The position numbers were made by a program, and so were the translations under genes. Below, piece by piece: positions 10,126-19,947 of a stretch of 48,402 bases of DNA. The DNA comes from Methanoculleus sp. (GTDB lineage: Archaea > Halobacteriota > Methanomicrobia > Methanomicrobiales > Methanoculleaceae). Every line of letters starts with the position of its first letter. Position 1 is the stretch's first letter. A model generated the notes under the pieces. That model worked only from the letters and a program-made list of their open reading frames with translations, ran no database searches and was not told the origin of the DNA. The stretch covers positions 1-48,402 of the forward strand of contig DAOSER010000001.1 in assembly GCA_035363235.1 (NCBI GenBank), given 5' to 3'.

Positions 10126-11631
10126 TCACGCCACGTGAAGGAACTCTTGAACCAGCTCCCGGATCGCTTCGTTATTGCCGTAGAGCCTCTCGCTCAGTCC
10201 CCGGTCGTCGAAGGCCTTCAGGGTGGCGATCCGGCTGTCGATCATCCCGGCCGGGAAGATCCCGCTCTGCTCGAAGAGCGCTCGTTTCGCATCGAGCGCC
10301 TCGGCGGACTCGACACATGAGGCGGGAAGCTGCCGAAACTCAGCGAGACGCTCCTTGAACTCGGGCCGGAAGATGTTCCCGCTGACGTAGAGCCGTTCGG
10401 CTGCCTCGAGCGCATCGGGCATCTCGATCCCGTGGAGCGCCGTCACGACGAGACCGGCGACGATCAGGTAGGGGTCGGCTGAGCCGTCGGCGACCCGGTA
10501 CTCGAACGTCTGCTTCGACTGCCGCTCCTCCCGGCAGAGGTCCTCACAGGGGTTGGCGTCACGCGTCATGCCGTCGGCACCAATCCAGCCGAGGGGCACC
10601 CGGACGACGACCGAGCGGTTGCGGTCGCCCCAGCAGACCGTCGTCGGCGCTTCCTGGTGGGGGACAAGACGGAGGTAAGAGGTCGGGATGGTGTTCCCGA
10701 AGGCCGTCAGGGCGTCGGAGGCATCAAGGATGCCGGCGATCATCTTACGGGCGAGCGGGCTCAGTTTACCCTCCTCGACCAGCAGGTTCTTGCCGTCCTT
10801 CTCGGCGAGCATGTGGAAGTGCATTCCGCTCCCGGCCTTCCCGACGGTGATCTTCGGGGCGAAGCTGATCTCGACACCGTATCGGTTGCCGAGCATCCGA
10901 AGAACCCACTTGGCGATGATGAGCTGTTCGACCGCCTGCTCGACCGGCATCGGCAGGAACTCGATCTCGTGCTGCTCGTAGTACAGGTCGTCGTTATAGA
11001 AACACCCGACCTCCGAGTGGCCGTACTTGATCCTGCCGCCGGCACGGGCGACGAGACGCATCGCCTCATCCCGCAGGTCCGCGAACTTGACGAACGGTTC
11101 GGCAGAGTGGTAACCCTTCTGGTCGCGGCCGGGATAGAGATCGTCCCGCGGGCTGACGACGTAATACTCGAGTTCGCCGAGGGTCTTGAAGGTGTATCCG
11201 GTCCGGCGGGTGAACTCCTCGTCCGCCTTACGAAGCACGTACTCCGGGGAGCTCTCCAGTGGTTTTCCGTCGTTGTCGTAGAACGAGCAGAGGAACTCGA
11301 TCGTCGGCACCTCGGCAAAGGGGTTCACGAACGCCGTACGGTAGCGGGGGATCACGTAGAGGTCGCTGCTCCCCGCCTCGATGAACGAGAAAAGGTTGCT
11401 GCCGTCGACGCGCTCACCGTCGGAGAGAATGGTGTCGAGATGCTCTTTTGAGGAGATAACGAAGTTAAGGGTCTTGAGTTTGCCGTCTTCAGCGGCGTAC
11501 CGGAAGTTGACCATCTCAATCCCGTTCTCTTCGCAGAACCGGATAATGTCCTCCTTTGTAAACTCTGCCGGATCCTTCCGGAGAAAACGGACCAGCTCGC
11601 TTGGGTTCATCAGGATCTCAGAATCTTCCAT
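10126..11631 (-). CDS. glnA: Glutamine synthetase family protein
   Basis: DGS, GELEYY, HSEVG, QHEIEF, PK...AGSGMHFH, SYLRLVPHQEAP, WGDRNRS, EYR. Confidence 0.9.
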   Translation of the reverse strand: MEDSEILMNPSELVRFLRKDPAEFTKEDIIRFCEENGIEMVNFRYAAEDGKLKTLNFVISSKEHLDTILSDGERVDGSNLFSFIEAGSSDLYVIPRYRTAFVNPFAEVPTIEFLCSFYDNDGKPLESSPEYVLRKADEEFTRRTGYTFKTLGELEYYVVSPRDDLYPGRDQKGYHSAEPFVKFADLRDEAMRLVARAGGRIKYGHSEVGCFYNDDLYYEQHEIEFLPMPVEQAVEQLIIAKWVLRMLGNRYGVEISFAPKITVGKAGSGMHFHMLAEKDGKNLLVEEGKLSPLARKMIAGILDASDALTAFGNTIPTSYLRLVPHQEAPTTVCWGDRNRSVVVRVPLGWIGADGMTRDANPCEDLCREERQSKQTFEYRVADGSADPYLIVAGLVVTALHGIEMPDALEAAERLYVSGNIFRPEFKERLAEFRQLPASCVESAEALDAKRALFEQSGIFPAGMIDSRIATLKAFDDRGLSERLYGNNEAIRELVQEFLHVA

Positions 11632-11835
11632 ATTTTTTAAGTGTTGGCTTCGACCGTATAAAAAGCGTGTTCTCCTCCCCGCATTCCCTGCGACTGGGGA
11701 CCATGCTTCGGGCTACAGGGAGAGGATTTCCTCGTATCAGCAGCGGCAGCACCCCCGTGCAGGGGTTAACGGGCGTCATGATGAACCCATCTCGGAGTGC
11801 GCGAGAGATAACGACTCCGCTCGACGATAGGACCA

Positions 11836-12843
11836 TCATAAAGACCCGCCCGGGCTTCCGGGGAGATCCCGTACGATCACCCCCGAGGCCTTCGGGACGG
11901 CAGCAGGTTTCTCCTCGTCCCGGAGCCCGGCCTCCTCCGCGATCACTGCAAGACCAAGCCGGGCATTCCTCATCGCATACTCAGACGACACATGGTCGAT
12001 GGTGTCGTCCGGGGTATGGGCCGGCCCGTGCTCCTCGCTGTGCGTCGTCACAGCCGGGTAACCCTGCTCCCGGAAGGGAATATGGTCCGAGGCGCAGGTG
12101 TGATTGTTCTCGGTCAGGGTGAAGTTCGTGCCGTAGAGGGTGTTATAGTCTACCATGAGTGCCGCGACATCTGCGGAACGCTCGTCGTAGACGATATCGA
12201 GGACCGAGCGGTTAAGAGGATCGTAGCAGGCCGAATCGTAATTGAAGTAGAGCACGACCGGGACCGTCGTGTTTCTGACATAGTCGGCGCTGCCGTAACG
12301 GCCGATCTCTTCAGCGTTCCAGAACGCAAACTGCACCGTCCGGTCAAACGAGTGCCGGCTCATCACCCGGGCGAGTTCCAGAACGATCGCGACGCCACAC
12401 CCGTTATCGGTAGCTCCGGGTGCGCGGGCGGAGTCCGAGGACGTGCTGTCGTAGTGTGCCCCCACCACCACGATCCCGTCTGAGACGTTGCCGCTCCCGG
12501 GAAGCGTGGCGACAACGTTGTTGAGGTCCTCGCCCAGGAACTCCACCTCGAGACCGGGGATGGAGGCAAGCCTCCGGTAGAGATAGTCGCCCGTCTCCCG
12601 GTTTCCGGCGGATCCGTATACCCGGGTCGATATATTCTGCAGGTCATATGTTGTGTTTCTGAGTTCGGATTCGTCGATCTCTGCGAGCATTGCGGCAATG
12701 GCGGGATCGTACTCATCCCCTGGCGCGCCGGTGGCGCCCACCGGGGCGGCTGCCAGGAGAACCGTTACGCCGGCAAGAAGCAAAACACAGAGCAACATTC
12801 CGGGGAAACGGGCGTATCTGCCGTGCGCTGAATCACGTTCCAT
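11836..12843 (-). CDS. Secreted M28 family aminopeptidase
   Basis: Signal peptide; GAHYDS, PGATDN, NAEEIG, SDH, HTPDD metal-ligand motifs. Confidence 0.9.
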   Translation of the reverse strand: MERDSAHGRYARFPGMLLCVLLLAGVTVLLAAAPVGATGAPGDEYDPAIAAMLAEIDESELRNTTYDLQNISTRVYGSAGNRETGDYLYRRLASIPGLEVEFLGEDLNNVVATLPGSGNVSDGIVVVGAHYDSTSSDSARAPGATDNGCGVAIVLELARVMSRHSFDRTVQFAFWNAEEIGRYGSADYVRNTTVPVVLYFNYDSACYDPLNRSVLDIVYDERSADVAALMVDYNTLYGTNFTLTENNHTCASDHIPFREQGYPAVTTHSEEHGPAHTPDDTIDHVSSEYAMRNARLGLAVIAEEAGLRDEEKPAAVPKASGVIVRDLPGSPGGSL

Positions 12844-13064
12844 GCATGATCACGTAGAAAGCACTCAAAGGAGGGACAGAATTTATACCTTTGCACGGGA
12901 AATACGAGGCTTACGACCCACAAGGCGGCTTCACTCCGGTTCGATCGGTCGGATTACCCCCCGGCCCCGATTGCCGGAGAAGGGCCGGCCGGGGCCAGGT
13001 ATATATCGTATGGCAAAGACAGATCTCTCAACCGGGCCGGTGACGGATCACCACCGGAGCACAC

Positions 13065-13496
13065 ATGGCTAATCGACCATCAGCAGGTGACGAGTCGACC
13101 CTTTTGCGGTGGATGCGGCTTGAAATCGGCAGGATCAACGACGGCGTCGTCTCAGAGCGCAAACGCCTCTCACAGCTCTTACGGGAGGAATATCCCTCGT
13201 CCGTCACGAAGAGCGGGAACCGCTACGACTTCGACCGGGACGTCCTTGTCCGGCTGGAGCAGGCCCTTCCGGAAACGTTGCAGAGACGGCTCCGGCTTCC
13301 GATCCTCTTCTACTTTGACTCCACGGTCCCTGACAGTTTCTTCCTCGCAGACGAGGCTGCGGTGCAGGCCCTCCAGAGTCTCAGCGAGATCAGCCCTCTC
13401 CGGAGGATGCAGGGCGGGAGACTCTGGATAGGGAAACCTCTGGTGTACGCCATCATGAACAGGTACCCGACAGCCATACAGATTATGATGGGCTAG
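13065..13496 (+). CDS. DUF61 family archaeal protein
   Basis: RKRLSQLL, LRLPI and terminal YPTAIQI resemble DUF61. Confidence 0.7.
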   Translation: MANRPSAGDESTLLRWMRLEIGRINDGVVSERKRLSQLLREEYPSSVTKSGNRYDFDRDVLVRLEQALPETLQRRLRLPILFYFDSTVPDSFFLADEAAVQALQSLSEISPLRRMQGGRLWIGKPLVYAIMNRYPTAIQIMMG

Positions 13497-13761
13497 CGGA
13501 GTCGGGTGCAATAAAAAGAGAGAGGATCCCCTCTCCGGCGCCCGGTCCGCCCTCCGGTTGGCTGCCGATGACGGGATACGCGGCCGGTGAGGCGCTCTCG
13601 GGGCGGAAATCCACATGCCGGGCATCAGTGTCCGGCAAAGCCGCCGAAGACGGCCGATCCTGTGTTCCAACGACGATACAGGCTATCAACCCGCCAACGA
13701 CCAGGGTTTGAATAGCGACGGTCAATACTGTGGCCATCTTCTGCTCTGAGATCTCGATCAC
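13483..13761 (-). CDS. Hypothetical small membrane-anchored protein
   Basis: GTG start, one hydrophobic segment, AT-rich promoter-like region upstream (13785-13830). Confidence 0.5.
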   Translation of the reverse strand: MIEISEQKMATVLTVAIQTLVVGGLIACIVVGTQDRPSSAALPDTDARHVDFRPESASPAAYPVIGSQPEGGPGAGEGILSLFIAPDSASPS

Positions 13762-13902
13762 CTCGCGTGCCGGTAGCGGGGATCGTATTTAAATTTTGCT
13801 CTTTTTATGTTATTGAATATTATATATTGTTACAGATGCGTCATATGTGTAACGAGGAGACGGCGGCCGTGCACCTGGTTTCCCGGATAGCCGGGCACGA
13901 GG

Positions 13903-14511
13903 TCAGCCCGTGCGGCCTGACGACTGCCCGGGATCGTTCTTCTTCACGACGGTTCGCCGGAACCTCTCAAGCACCGGGCGGGTGACCTCATCCATCTGCA
14001 GGTCGAAGTAATCCACCCATTCTGCAACGACCGCGAGCTGTTCCTGCTGCCTGGAGAGGCGTTTCTGCAGGTCGTCGACGGCCTTTTCCAGCCTTTTGAC
14101 CTCCTCAACCCTCCTCTGCTGCTCTCGCTCGATATCCTCGACCAGTCGTGCAATCCGGCGCTCCTGCCGGGCCAGCGCATCGCGCATCACTCCAAGATCG
14201 ATCACCACCTCGGGCGGGAGCGGGGCAGCGGTCCGGCCGATCTCCTCTGCCGCATCATCAGATCCGGCCAGTTTTTTGCCTGATTTGATCTCCTTGGCGA
14301 TCTCCTCGGGCGAAAGGCCTCTCCCGGAGAGTTCAACGAGTTCCCGGACAATTCCGACCGCTTTTTGTGGGAAAAGCCTGACCCGGCCGATCGTCCGGTA
14401 GGTAAAGAGGCTGTCGTAGGTCTGGACGAGTGTCCGGACCTCCTGCTCGGAGATCCCGGTGAGGTGCGCGATGTCCCCGATCTTCAGTTCCTTCTCGATC
14501 ATGGATACCAT
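13903..14511 (-). CDS. MerR-like HTH protein with C-terminal coiled coil
   Basis: LKIGDIAHLTGISEQEVR...GRVRLF HTH followed by heptad-rich region. The long N-terminal extension in the ORF track is antisense to the M48 gene. Confidence 0.8.
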   Translation of the reverse strand: MVSMIEKELKIGDIAHLTGISEQEVRTLVQTYDSLFTYRTIGRVRLFPQKAVGIVRELVELSGRGLSPEEIAKEIKSGKKLAGSDDAAEEIGRTAAPLPPEVVIDLGVMRDALARQERRIARLVEDIEREQQRRVEEVKRLEKAVDDLQKRLSRQQEQLAVVAEWVDYFDLQMDEVTRPVLERFRRTVVKKNDPGQSSGRTG

Positions 14512-14628
14512 CCCCTGCACCCGCTCAGGTGGTCGAGCGGGAGCCCTACCGTATCTCTTTGTCGTCATCAGGTATAGGTGCGTGCCGGACCACGGGATTT
14601 TTTCATGCCGCCGCCCCAGTACTGCTAC

Positions 14629-15312
14629 ATGAGCAGGGGAGCGAGGGAGAACATCCCGGACAAAACGACCGTCGTCCGGAAAGCGGTGCGGTCTGCCCGC
14701 CTTCAGGTGCGGCCGGATGGGACCCTGCGGGTGGTCGCTCCCCCATCGTTCGACATCGGGGGATTCCTGCAGCGCAACGCGGCCTGGATCGAGAGACAGC
14801 GCGAGGAGTATGACCGACTGGCGGCCGAAGGGTGCGGGCGGGAGGACCTGCTCCTCCTGCACGGGCGGTTTTACCGCCTGGTCCCGGGTGCGCGGTTTAC
14901 GATCGACGAGGCCTCGGGCACCGTTACCTGCCCGTCCGTTCCTGCCCTCAGGAGAAGCCTCTCCCGAATGCTGAAGGAGGAGGTCCTGGACCGCCTGGAG
15001 ACCTACCCGGATCTTGCCGGCCGGACGCGGGGGCGGATCGCAATAAGAATGCAGAGGACCCGATGGGGAAGCTGCTCGACGCTCGGCAACCTGAACATCA
15101 ACCTGCGCGTCGCAGCTCTTCCCGACCCCCTGCGGGAGTACATTGTCATCCACGAGGTCGCCCACCTCCGCGAGCAGAACCACTCGAAAAGGTTCTGGCG
15201 TCTCGTCGGGGGCCACTACCCAGAATACCGGGCGGCGGAAGCCGAACTGCGGCGCTACTGGGTCATCCTCGAGCGGAACCGGGTGTGGGGAGCGCTGCAG
15301 AATAAAACGTGA
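14629..15312 (+). CDS. YgjP/DUF45 (M48-like) zinc metallopeptidase/hydrolase
   Basis: MQRTRWGSCS, YIVIHEVAHL, NHSKRFW. Confidence 0.88.
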   Translation: MSRGARENIPDKTTVVRKAVRSARLQVRPDGTLRVVAPPSFDIGGFLQRNAAWIERQREEYDRLAAEGCGREDLLLLHGRFYRLVPGARFTIDEASGTVTCPSVPALRRSLSRMLKEEVLDRLETYPDLAGRTRGRIAIRMQRTRWGSCSTLGNLNINLRVAALPDPLREYIVIHEVAHLREQNHSKRFWRLVGGHYPEYRAAEAELRRYWVILERNRVWGALQNKT

Positions 15313-15316
15313 GAGA

Positions 15317-17050
15317 TCAGGAGTACTTCCGCCAGAACATGGAGAGCTTCCTCGACTCGGCCCATCGTTCGTCAAGCTGATCGATGATGCTGTTGATCCG
15401 CTGCACCTGCTGCCGGATCTGTTCCCTTGTCGCGGCATCGTCGAGCAGTTCGGCACGCCCCATGATCGCCTGGAGCGGGTTCCTGATATGGTCGGCAAGC
15501 AGGGCAAACTGTTCCATGTTCCGCTCAATTTGAGCGTATGCCTTTGATTTCAGGTCCTCGACCTCTCTCTGGGCGGTGATGTCCCGGGAGACGGTGACGA
15601 TCCTCTCAACCTTGCCGCGTTCGAAGATTGGGATCCGCATCTCTCGAAGGGTCACGGTCTGGTTACCGCGCTTGAGAGACCGTTCTGATGTCAGCGGCCG
15701 GCCGGTTCGTATGACCCGCTCGTACAGCTGCCCGGTGGTGGAAGGCAGGAACGGCACGACGGCAAAGAGATTCTTTCCGACAACGTTTGTTTCGAGCCCG
15801 AGGTCTTCGCACCAGGCGATGAAAGCATCGTTTGCGAGAAGGAGGGTGAGTTGGGTATCGACGACGGTGACGGCATCGGTGATGGCATCGAGGACAATCT
15901 GATAGAGACCTTCCGACTCCCGGAAGAGGTACTCGGACTGTTTCCGGTCAAGGGCTCCCGCGATGATGTGGACGGCTGCAGACAGGAGAGCCACATCCCC
16001 GTCCACGAACCGACTCTCCCCGGTGTCCCGGTCGAACCCGACGAAACCGACAACCGCCCCGTTCAGCCGGAGCGGGATCATCAGCGCCGCGGTAGCGCCG
16101 TGCCGCTTCAGGATCTCGCGCTCCTCCCTGTGCAGCCGTCCTTTGGTGGACGCTCCGTCCACAAGCACGGTCTCGCCTTCGAGAATCCGCGCGACCCACC
16201 AGGGAAGGTCGCCCGTGAGGAATTCCCGGGACTTTCCCCGCCGGGGGTTCTGTTCCGGCCGGCACCACTCGTGCGTGGTGCCAAGAAGCGTCCGGGGATC
16301 GTTGAAGAGGGAGAGGTAGGCCCTGCACGCCCCGCACGCGCGGCCGAGATCCTCAAGCGATTCTTCGATAGCCGGATCGATCTGCGCGGGGTCCATGAAC
16401 CGCGCGGGCATCGCCGCAACAGCCTGCTCAAGGCTGCGGCGGCTGCGCGGTGTACCTTCAGCCCTGCACTGCACGCCAGCGTCGATGCAGGAGAGGAGGA
16501 GCCAGGTATCGGCGGTGACGGGATCGCGAACGCTGCTGATCGCTATCCTGACATCAAAAGGCGGTGAATCCTTCCGCCGGGCGGCAACCGTCCCGCTCCA
16601 CCGGCCGGAGGAGAGAGCACAGTCGATGCAGCCCCGCCCCTCTTCCGGGGAGAGCCAGAGGAGAGGAGCGGGCTTTCCGACCACCTCGCACAGCGCATAT
16701 CCCCACATGGCAAGCAACGAAGCGTTGGCAAAGGCAATACACCCACTCTGATCGACAATGCAGGTCCCGCAGAGTGAGGTCTCGATCACCTGCTCTAGCA
16801 TAGCGGTAGTAACGCCAGGCATTCGGGCCGGGGTCCCGGCGGCGGGACTTCCTTCACCTCGAAAGTCCTGATCGCCGCCACGCCGCTCCGGAGGAACACC
16901 GGCTGCCAGACAGTTCGTTGAATGCGGATCCATACCCAGATCGTCCCGGGCGGCAGAACGGAGCCGCCCATCGCTGTTATGAGAAGGGTGCGCACCGCCA
17001 CCCTCCGATCTCTCCCTCCCGATCTCTGCCGGGTGGGTTAGGATGATCAA
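15317..17050 (-). CDS. PAS-GAF-PAS sensor protein ending in a HisKA-like helix, with no ATPase domain
   Basis: PAS (FANASLLAMWGY), GAF (THEWC, VVGFVGFD), PAS (RDITAQR), then DHIRNPLQAI and stop. Start uncertain. Confidence 0.82.
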   Translation of the reverse strand: MIILTHPAEIGRERSEGGGAHPSHNSDGRLRSAARDDLGMDPHSTNCLAAGVPPERRGGDQDFRGEGSPAAGTPARMPGVTTAMLEQVIETSLCGTCIVDQSGCIAFANASLLAMWGYALCEVVGKPAPLLWLSPEEGRGCIDCALSSGRWSGTVAARRKDSPPFDVRIAISSVRDPVTADTWLLLSCIDAGVQCRAEGTPRSRRSLEQAVAAMPARFMDPAQIDPAIEESLEDLGRACGACRAYLSLFNDPRTLLGTTHEWCRPEQNPRRGKSREFLTGDLPWWVARILEGETVLVDGASTKGRLHREEREILKRHGATAALMIPLRLNGAVVGFVGFDRDTGESRFVDGDVALLSAAVHIIAGALDRKQSEYLFRESEGLYQIVLDAITDAVTVVDTQLTLLLANDAFIAWCEDLGLETNVVGKNLFAVVPFLPSTTGQLYERVIRTGRPLTSERSLKRGNQTVTLREMRIPIFERGKVERIVTVSRDITAQREVEDLKSKAYAQIERNMEQFALLADHIRNPLQAIMGRAELLDDAATREQIRQQVQRINSIIDQLDERWAESRKLSMFWRKYS

Positions 17051-17150
17051 TCCTCCCGATCGCGTATTAGAGTTTCTGTTTGTGTCGCGTCAGCTCCGGC
17101 CCGGGAGAGGGATCTGAGATGTTGTCAGGTAGAGGTGATACCGATACGCT

Positions 17151-17825
17151 TCAGGCGTCCGCTTCCGGTCTTCGCGAGTAATTCCGGTACATCACCAGGA
17201 GTGCGGTGCCGATCAGGAGAAAGACGGCAAGCGAGAACCAGAACCCGGTCCCTGCCGGGATAAGGTTCATAATATAGTCGATGCCGAGAGCGATCCCGAA
17301 ACTGCCGATGATGCCGCCGATGGTGATGCAGGAGAGGACCTCTAGCTTCGTCATCCCGAGCATCCTCCCCACGACGGAGCCGACGATGCTCCCCGACCCG
17401 TCGAAGGGGAGAGCCACAAAGGCAACGAGACCGACGAAGTAGAGCCGCTCAAGCCACGGCCGCCGATCGAGGAACGTCCTGCCCGCCGCCACGAAGCGGC
17501 TGACCCAGGGCCCAATGTAGGGGATCCGCAGGACCAGCGGGAAGTTCCAGGCCATGAAGAGCCCGCCGGCGAAGTCCAGAAACGCCAGGGTGAACGCAGC
17601 CAGCCACCAGGGGATCCCGCAGAGAATGCAGACCGGGATGATCGTCTCCCGGCCGAGAGGCGGGACGATGTAGGCGACCATCATCCCGAAGAGCAGAAGC
17701 CACTGCTCGGCCGGGAGGAAGAGCCAGACGGCGGCGAGAAAGAGCACACAGAGCAGGAACGGGATCGAGACCTTCAGCCAGCTCGTCGCATCGCCGTCAT
17801 CGTCCCATACACCGATCTGCCACAT
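17151..17825 (-). CDS. Small multi-drug export family membrane protein
   Basis: PPLGRETIIP, FVALPFDGSGS; multiple TM segments. Confidence 0.8.
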   Translation of the reverse strand: MWQIGVWDDDGDATSWLKVSIPFLLCVLFLAAVWLFLPAEQWLLLFGMMVAYIVPPLGRETIIPVCILCGIPWWLAAFTLAFLDFAGGLFMAWNFPLVLRIPYIGPWVSRFVAAGRTFLDRRPWLERLYFVGLVAFVALPFDGSGSIVGSVVGRMLGMTKLEVLSCITIGGIIGSFGIALGIDYIMNLIPAGTGFWFSLAVFLLIGTALLVMYRNYSRRPEADA

Positions 17826-17872
17826 GAACCACCGTCACCCGCGGGCAAACACCCGCGCTTCCCGGGCCGGCG

Positions 17873-18322
17873 TCACTCCTCACCGACAGGGCCATTGGGG
17901 TCTGCAGGGCCCCGGGTATTCAGGATACGCTCGACGATCTTCGACGAACTGGCGAGCGAGCCGGGATACCCGGGTATCCGGACGACGTCCGCATCGAGTC
18001 CGCGGTCCTGGAGCTTCTGCCGGAGATGCTCCTCGTCGAAATGCTGGTTAAACCCGAGCGTGATGATGTCGGGCCGGATCTCTGCTATCGGCCTGAACAT
18101 ATCGTGCAGGTCGCCGAGAAGCGCACGGTCGACCGGTTTTAACGACTGCACCATCCTGAGCCTCTGCGCCTCCGGGAGGATCGGTCGCGGTTTATGCTTC
18201 ACGTTCGCGTCCCGCGCCACGATCACGGAGAGTTCGTCGCCAAGCCTCCGGGACTCCTCAAGGTAGTAGAGGTGCCCGGGGTGGAGGATGTCGAACGTCC
18301 CCGTTGCGACCACGCGGATCAC
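17873..18322 (-). CDS. ribL: Archaeal FAD synthase (cytidylyltransferase family)
   Basis: VVATGTFDILHPGH, VARD, PDIITLG, SSSKI. GTG start overlaps the upstream stop. Confidence 0.88.
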   Translation of the reverse strand: MIRVVATGTFDILHPGHLYYLEESRRLGDELSVIVARDANVKHKPRPILPEAQRLRMVQSLKPVDRALLGDLHDMFRPIAEIRPDIITLGFNQHFDEEHLRQKLQDRGLDADVVRIPGYPGSLASSSKIVERILNTRGPADPNGPVGEE

Positions 18323-18690
18323 TCGACCACCTCGAGGTGTGCCGCGTTGCCGTCCGCCCGGTAGCACCGCCAATCCCTCTCCGTATAGGGGTATCCGACG
18401 ATGACGTGGTATCGCCCCACGGTCGGAAAGAACCGCAGATCCGCCGCCGACGGGGAGAGGACACCGTTCGGGTGGCTATGGGCGCTGCCGGCCTGGTGGG
18501 TATCCAGCGGGAGCATATCGATGAAGAACGAGGCACTCTCCTCTCCGACGATGGTACCGGGCACCAGGTCGAGGTCCTGGATAATGCCGTCCCTCTCTCG
18601 CAGCACGGCAACGAACTCGTTCGGGTGATGTTCCCATCCGAGTTCGAAGAGCATTGAAAGCAGATCCCTGCTGATCCCGTGTATGGCCAT
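18319..18690 (-). CDS. JAMM/MPN+ (Mov34) metalloprotease
   Basis: HPNEF ... GSAHSHP...PSAADL motif. Confidence 0.88.
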   Translation of the reverse strand: MAIHGISRDLLSMLFELGWEHHPNEFVAVLRERDGIIQDLDLVPGTIVGEESASFFIDMLPLDTHQAGSAHSHPNGVLSPSAADLRFFPTVGRYHVIVGYPYTERDWRCYRADGNAAHLEVVE

Positions 18691-18784
18691 TCTACTGAAT
18701 GGTAGGCGAGGAGGCAACATAAGTCCTCGCGTTCGGCATGCGTGTCCGGCCTGCAGGGGTCCGGAAATAAAAAGATAAGATCGT

Positions 18785-19699
18785 TTAAGGGATGACCCTT
18801 CTTTCCAGCGGTGCCGCCGTGGTCGCATTCTCTACCGGTGTTACGTTCGCTACCGGGGTCGTGTTCTCCGGCAGCACGAGACCCGGCGGCACAAGAACCG
18901 TGTCGATGATGTGGATGACGCCGTTATCGGCCGTGAGATCGGATGTGACGATGGTCGCGTTCTCTATCGTGAGGCCGCCGTCGACAGCCGTGACATTGAG
19001 GCTATCCCCGGCAAGTGTCTCAAGGACCGTCTCGTTCCCGGTGGTGTTCGCCTCTGCAGCCAGGTCTTCTGCGGTATAGTTCCCCCTCACCACATGGTGC
19101 ATGAGCAGGGCATCAAGCGTCTCCGTATCGTTCGAGAGTCCGGCAAGGGTCTCGTTGCCAAGGGCCTCAAAGGCGGCATTGTTCGGGGCAAAGACCGTAT
19201 ACGGCCCTCCAGAGGCGAGTACCGTCTGCGTAAGTCCGGCATCCTCGATGGCATCCGCAAAGGAGGTCAGGTTCTCATTCCCGCCAACCAGATCGGCCAA
19301 CGTCATGGTCGGCTCTTCCCCGGGGGTCACGTTCTCGTCCGGGGCCACCACCATCCCCTCCGGAACGACAATGACGACACCCTGCATGGGTGTCCGTTGT
19401 GTCGAGGCGTTGAGCGTACAGCCGTACGGGTAGGTCCCCGTATCGTTGAACGTGTGATTGAATGTCTCGTTCTGCTCTATCGGCCCGGAGTCAAAAAGCC
19501 TTCCCGTGCTGGTGACGGTATGGCTTACCTCGTCGTGATTCGTCCAGGTCACCGTTGTATTGCCCTCGACCGTGAGCGAAGCAGGGATGTACGCACCGCC
19601 GCGGATATCGACGTCGGCTGTCGCCGCAAGAACCGGCAGGGCGACGAGCCCGATGGCCAGGGCCGCTACGAGCCCGAGTATGGTTGAATTCCTTCTCAT
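18785..19699 (-). CDS. Secreted cupredoxin-like + fasciclin (FAS1) domain protein
   Basis: Signal peptide; VTWTNHDEVSHTVTS...GTYPYGC...MQG cupredoxin; YTVFAPNNAAF and NGVIHIIDTVL FAS1 motifs; many N-x-T sequons. Confidence 0.88.
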   Translation of the reverse strand: MRRNSTILGLVAALAIGLVALPVLAATADVDIRGGAYIPASLTVEGNTTVTWTNHDEVSHTVTSTGRLFDSGPIEQNETFNHTFNDTGTYPYGCTLNASTQRTPMQGVVIVVPEGMVVAPDENVTPGEEPTMTLADLVGGNENLTSFADAIEDAGLTQTVLASGGPYTVFAPNNAAFEALGNETLAGLSNDTETLDALLMHHVVRGNYTAEDLAAEANTTGNETVLETLAGDSLNVTAVDGGLTIENATIVTSDLTADNGVIHIIDTVLVPPGLVLPENTTPVANVTPVENATTAAPLERRVIP

Positions 19700-19847
19700 G
19701 CAGTTTCACCACGTTTATGAACCACGGCAGGGAGAACGGCCGGAATTTTGAAAACGGACCCTGAATGCACTTCAGCCTCCGGGTTCGCAATACCGGGGAT
19801 ACCTGCCCGAAGAGTTCAGCACCGCTCGCCGCTGCCACGCAGCGGAA

Positions 19848-19863
19848 ATAATCATATGATTAT
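19848..19863. promoter_or_regulatory. Perfect 16-bp palindrome adjacent to a TATA-like box upstream of the cupredoxin-fasciclin gene
   Basis: ATAATCATATGATTAT, abutting TATATAAA (19861-19868). Confidence 0.5.
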
Positions 19864-19947
19864 ATAAATATTATTATATTTTTGGAGCCCTACATCTCCT
19901 GACCAGGGCAGGCCCCCTCATCATGAAAATTCACGAGGGCAGGCAGT

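Noticed and set aside
11632-11760. NrpR operator upstream of glnA
   Set aside because: Closest match GGAG-N5-TTCC does not fit GGAA-N6-TTCC.
14512-15528. 541-aa ORF 13903..15528
   Set aside because: The N-terminal 340 aa are antisense shadow of the YgjP-like gene; only the C-terminal MerR-like part looks real.
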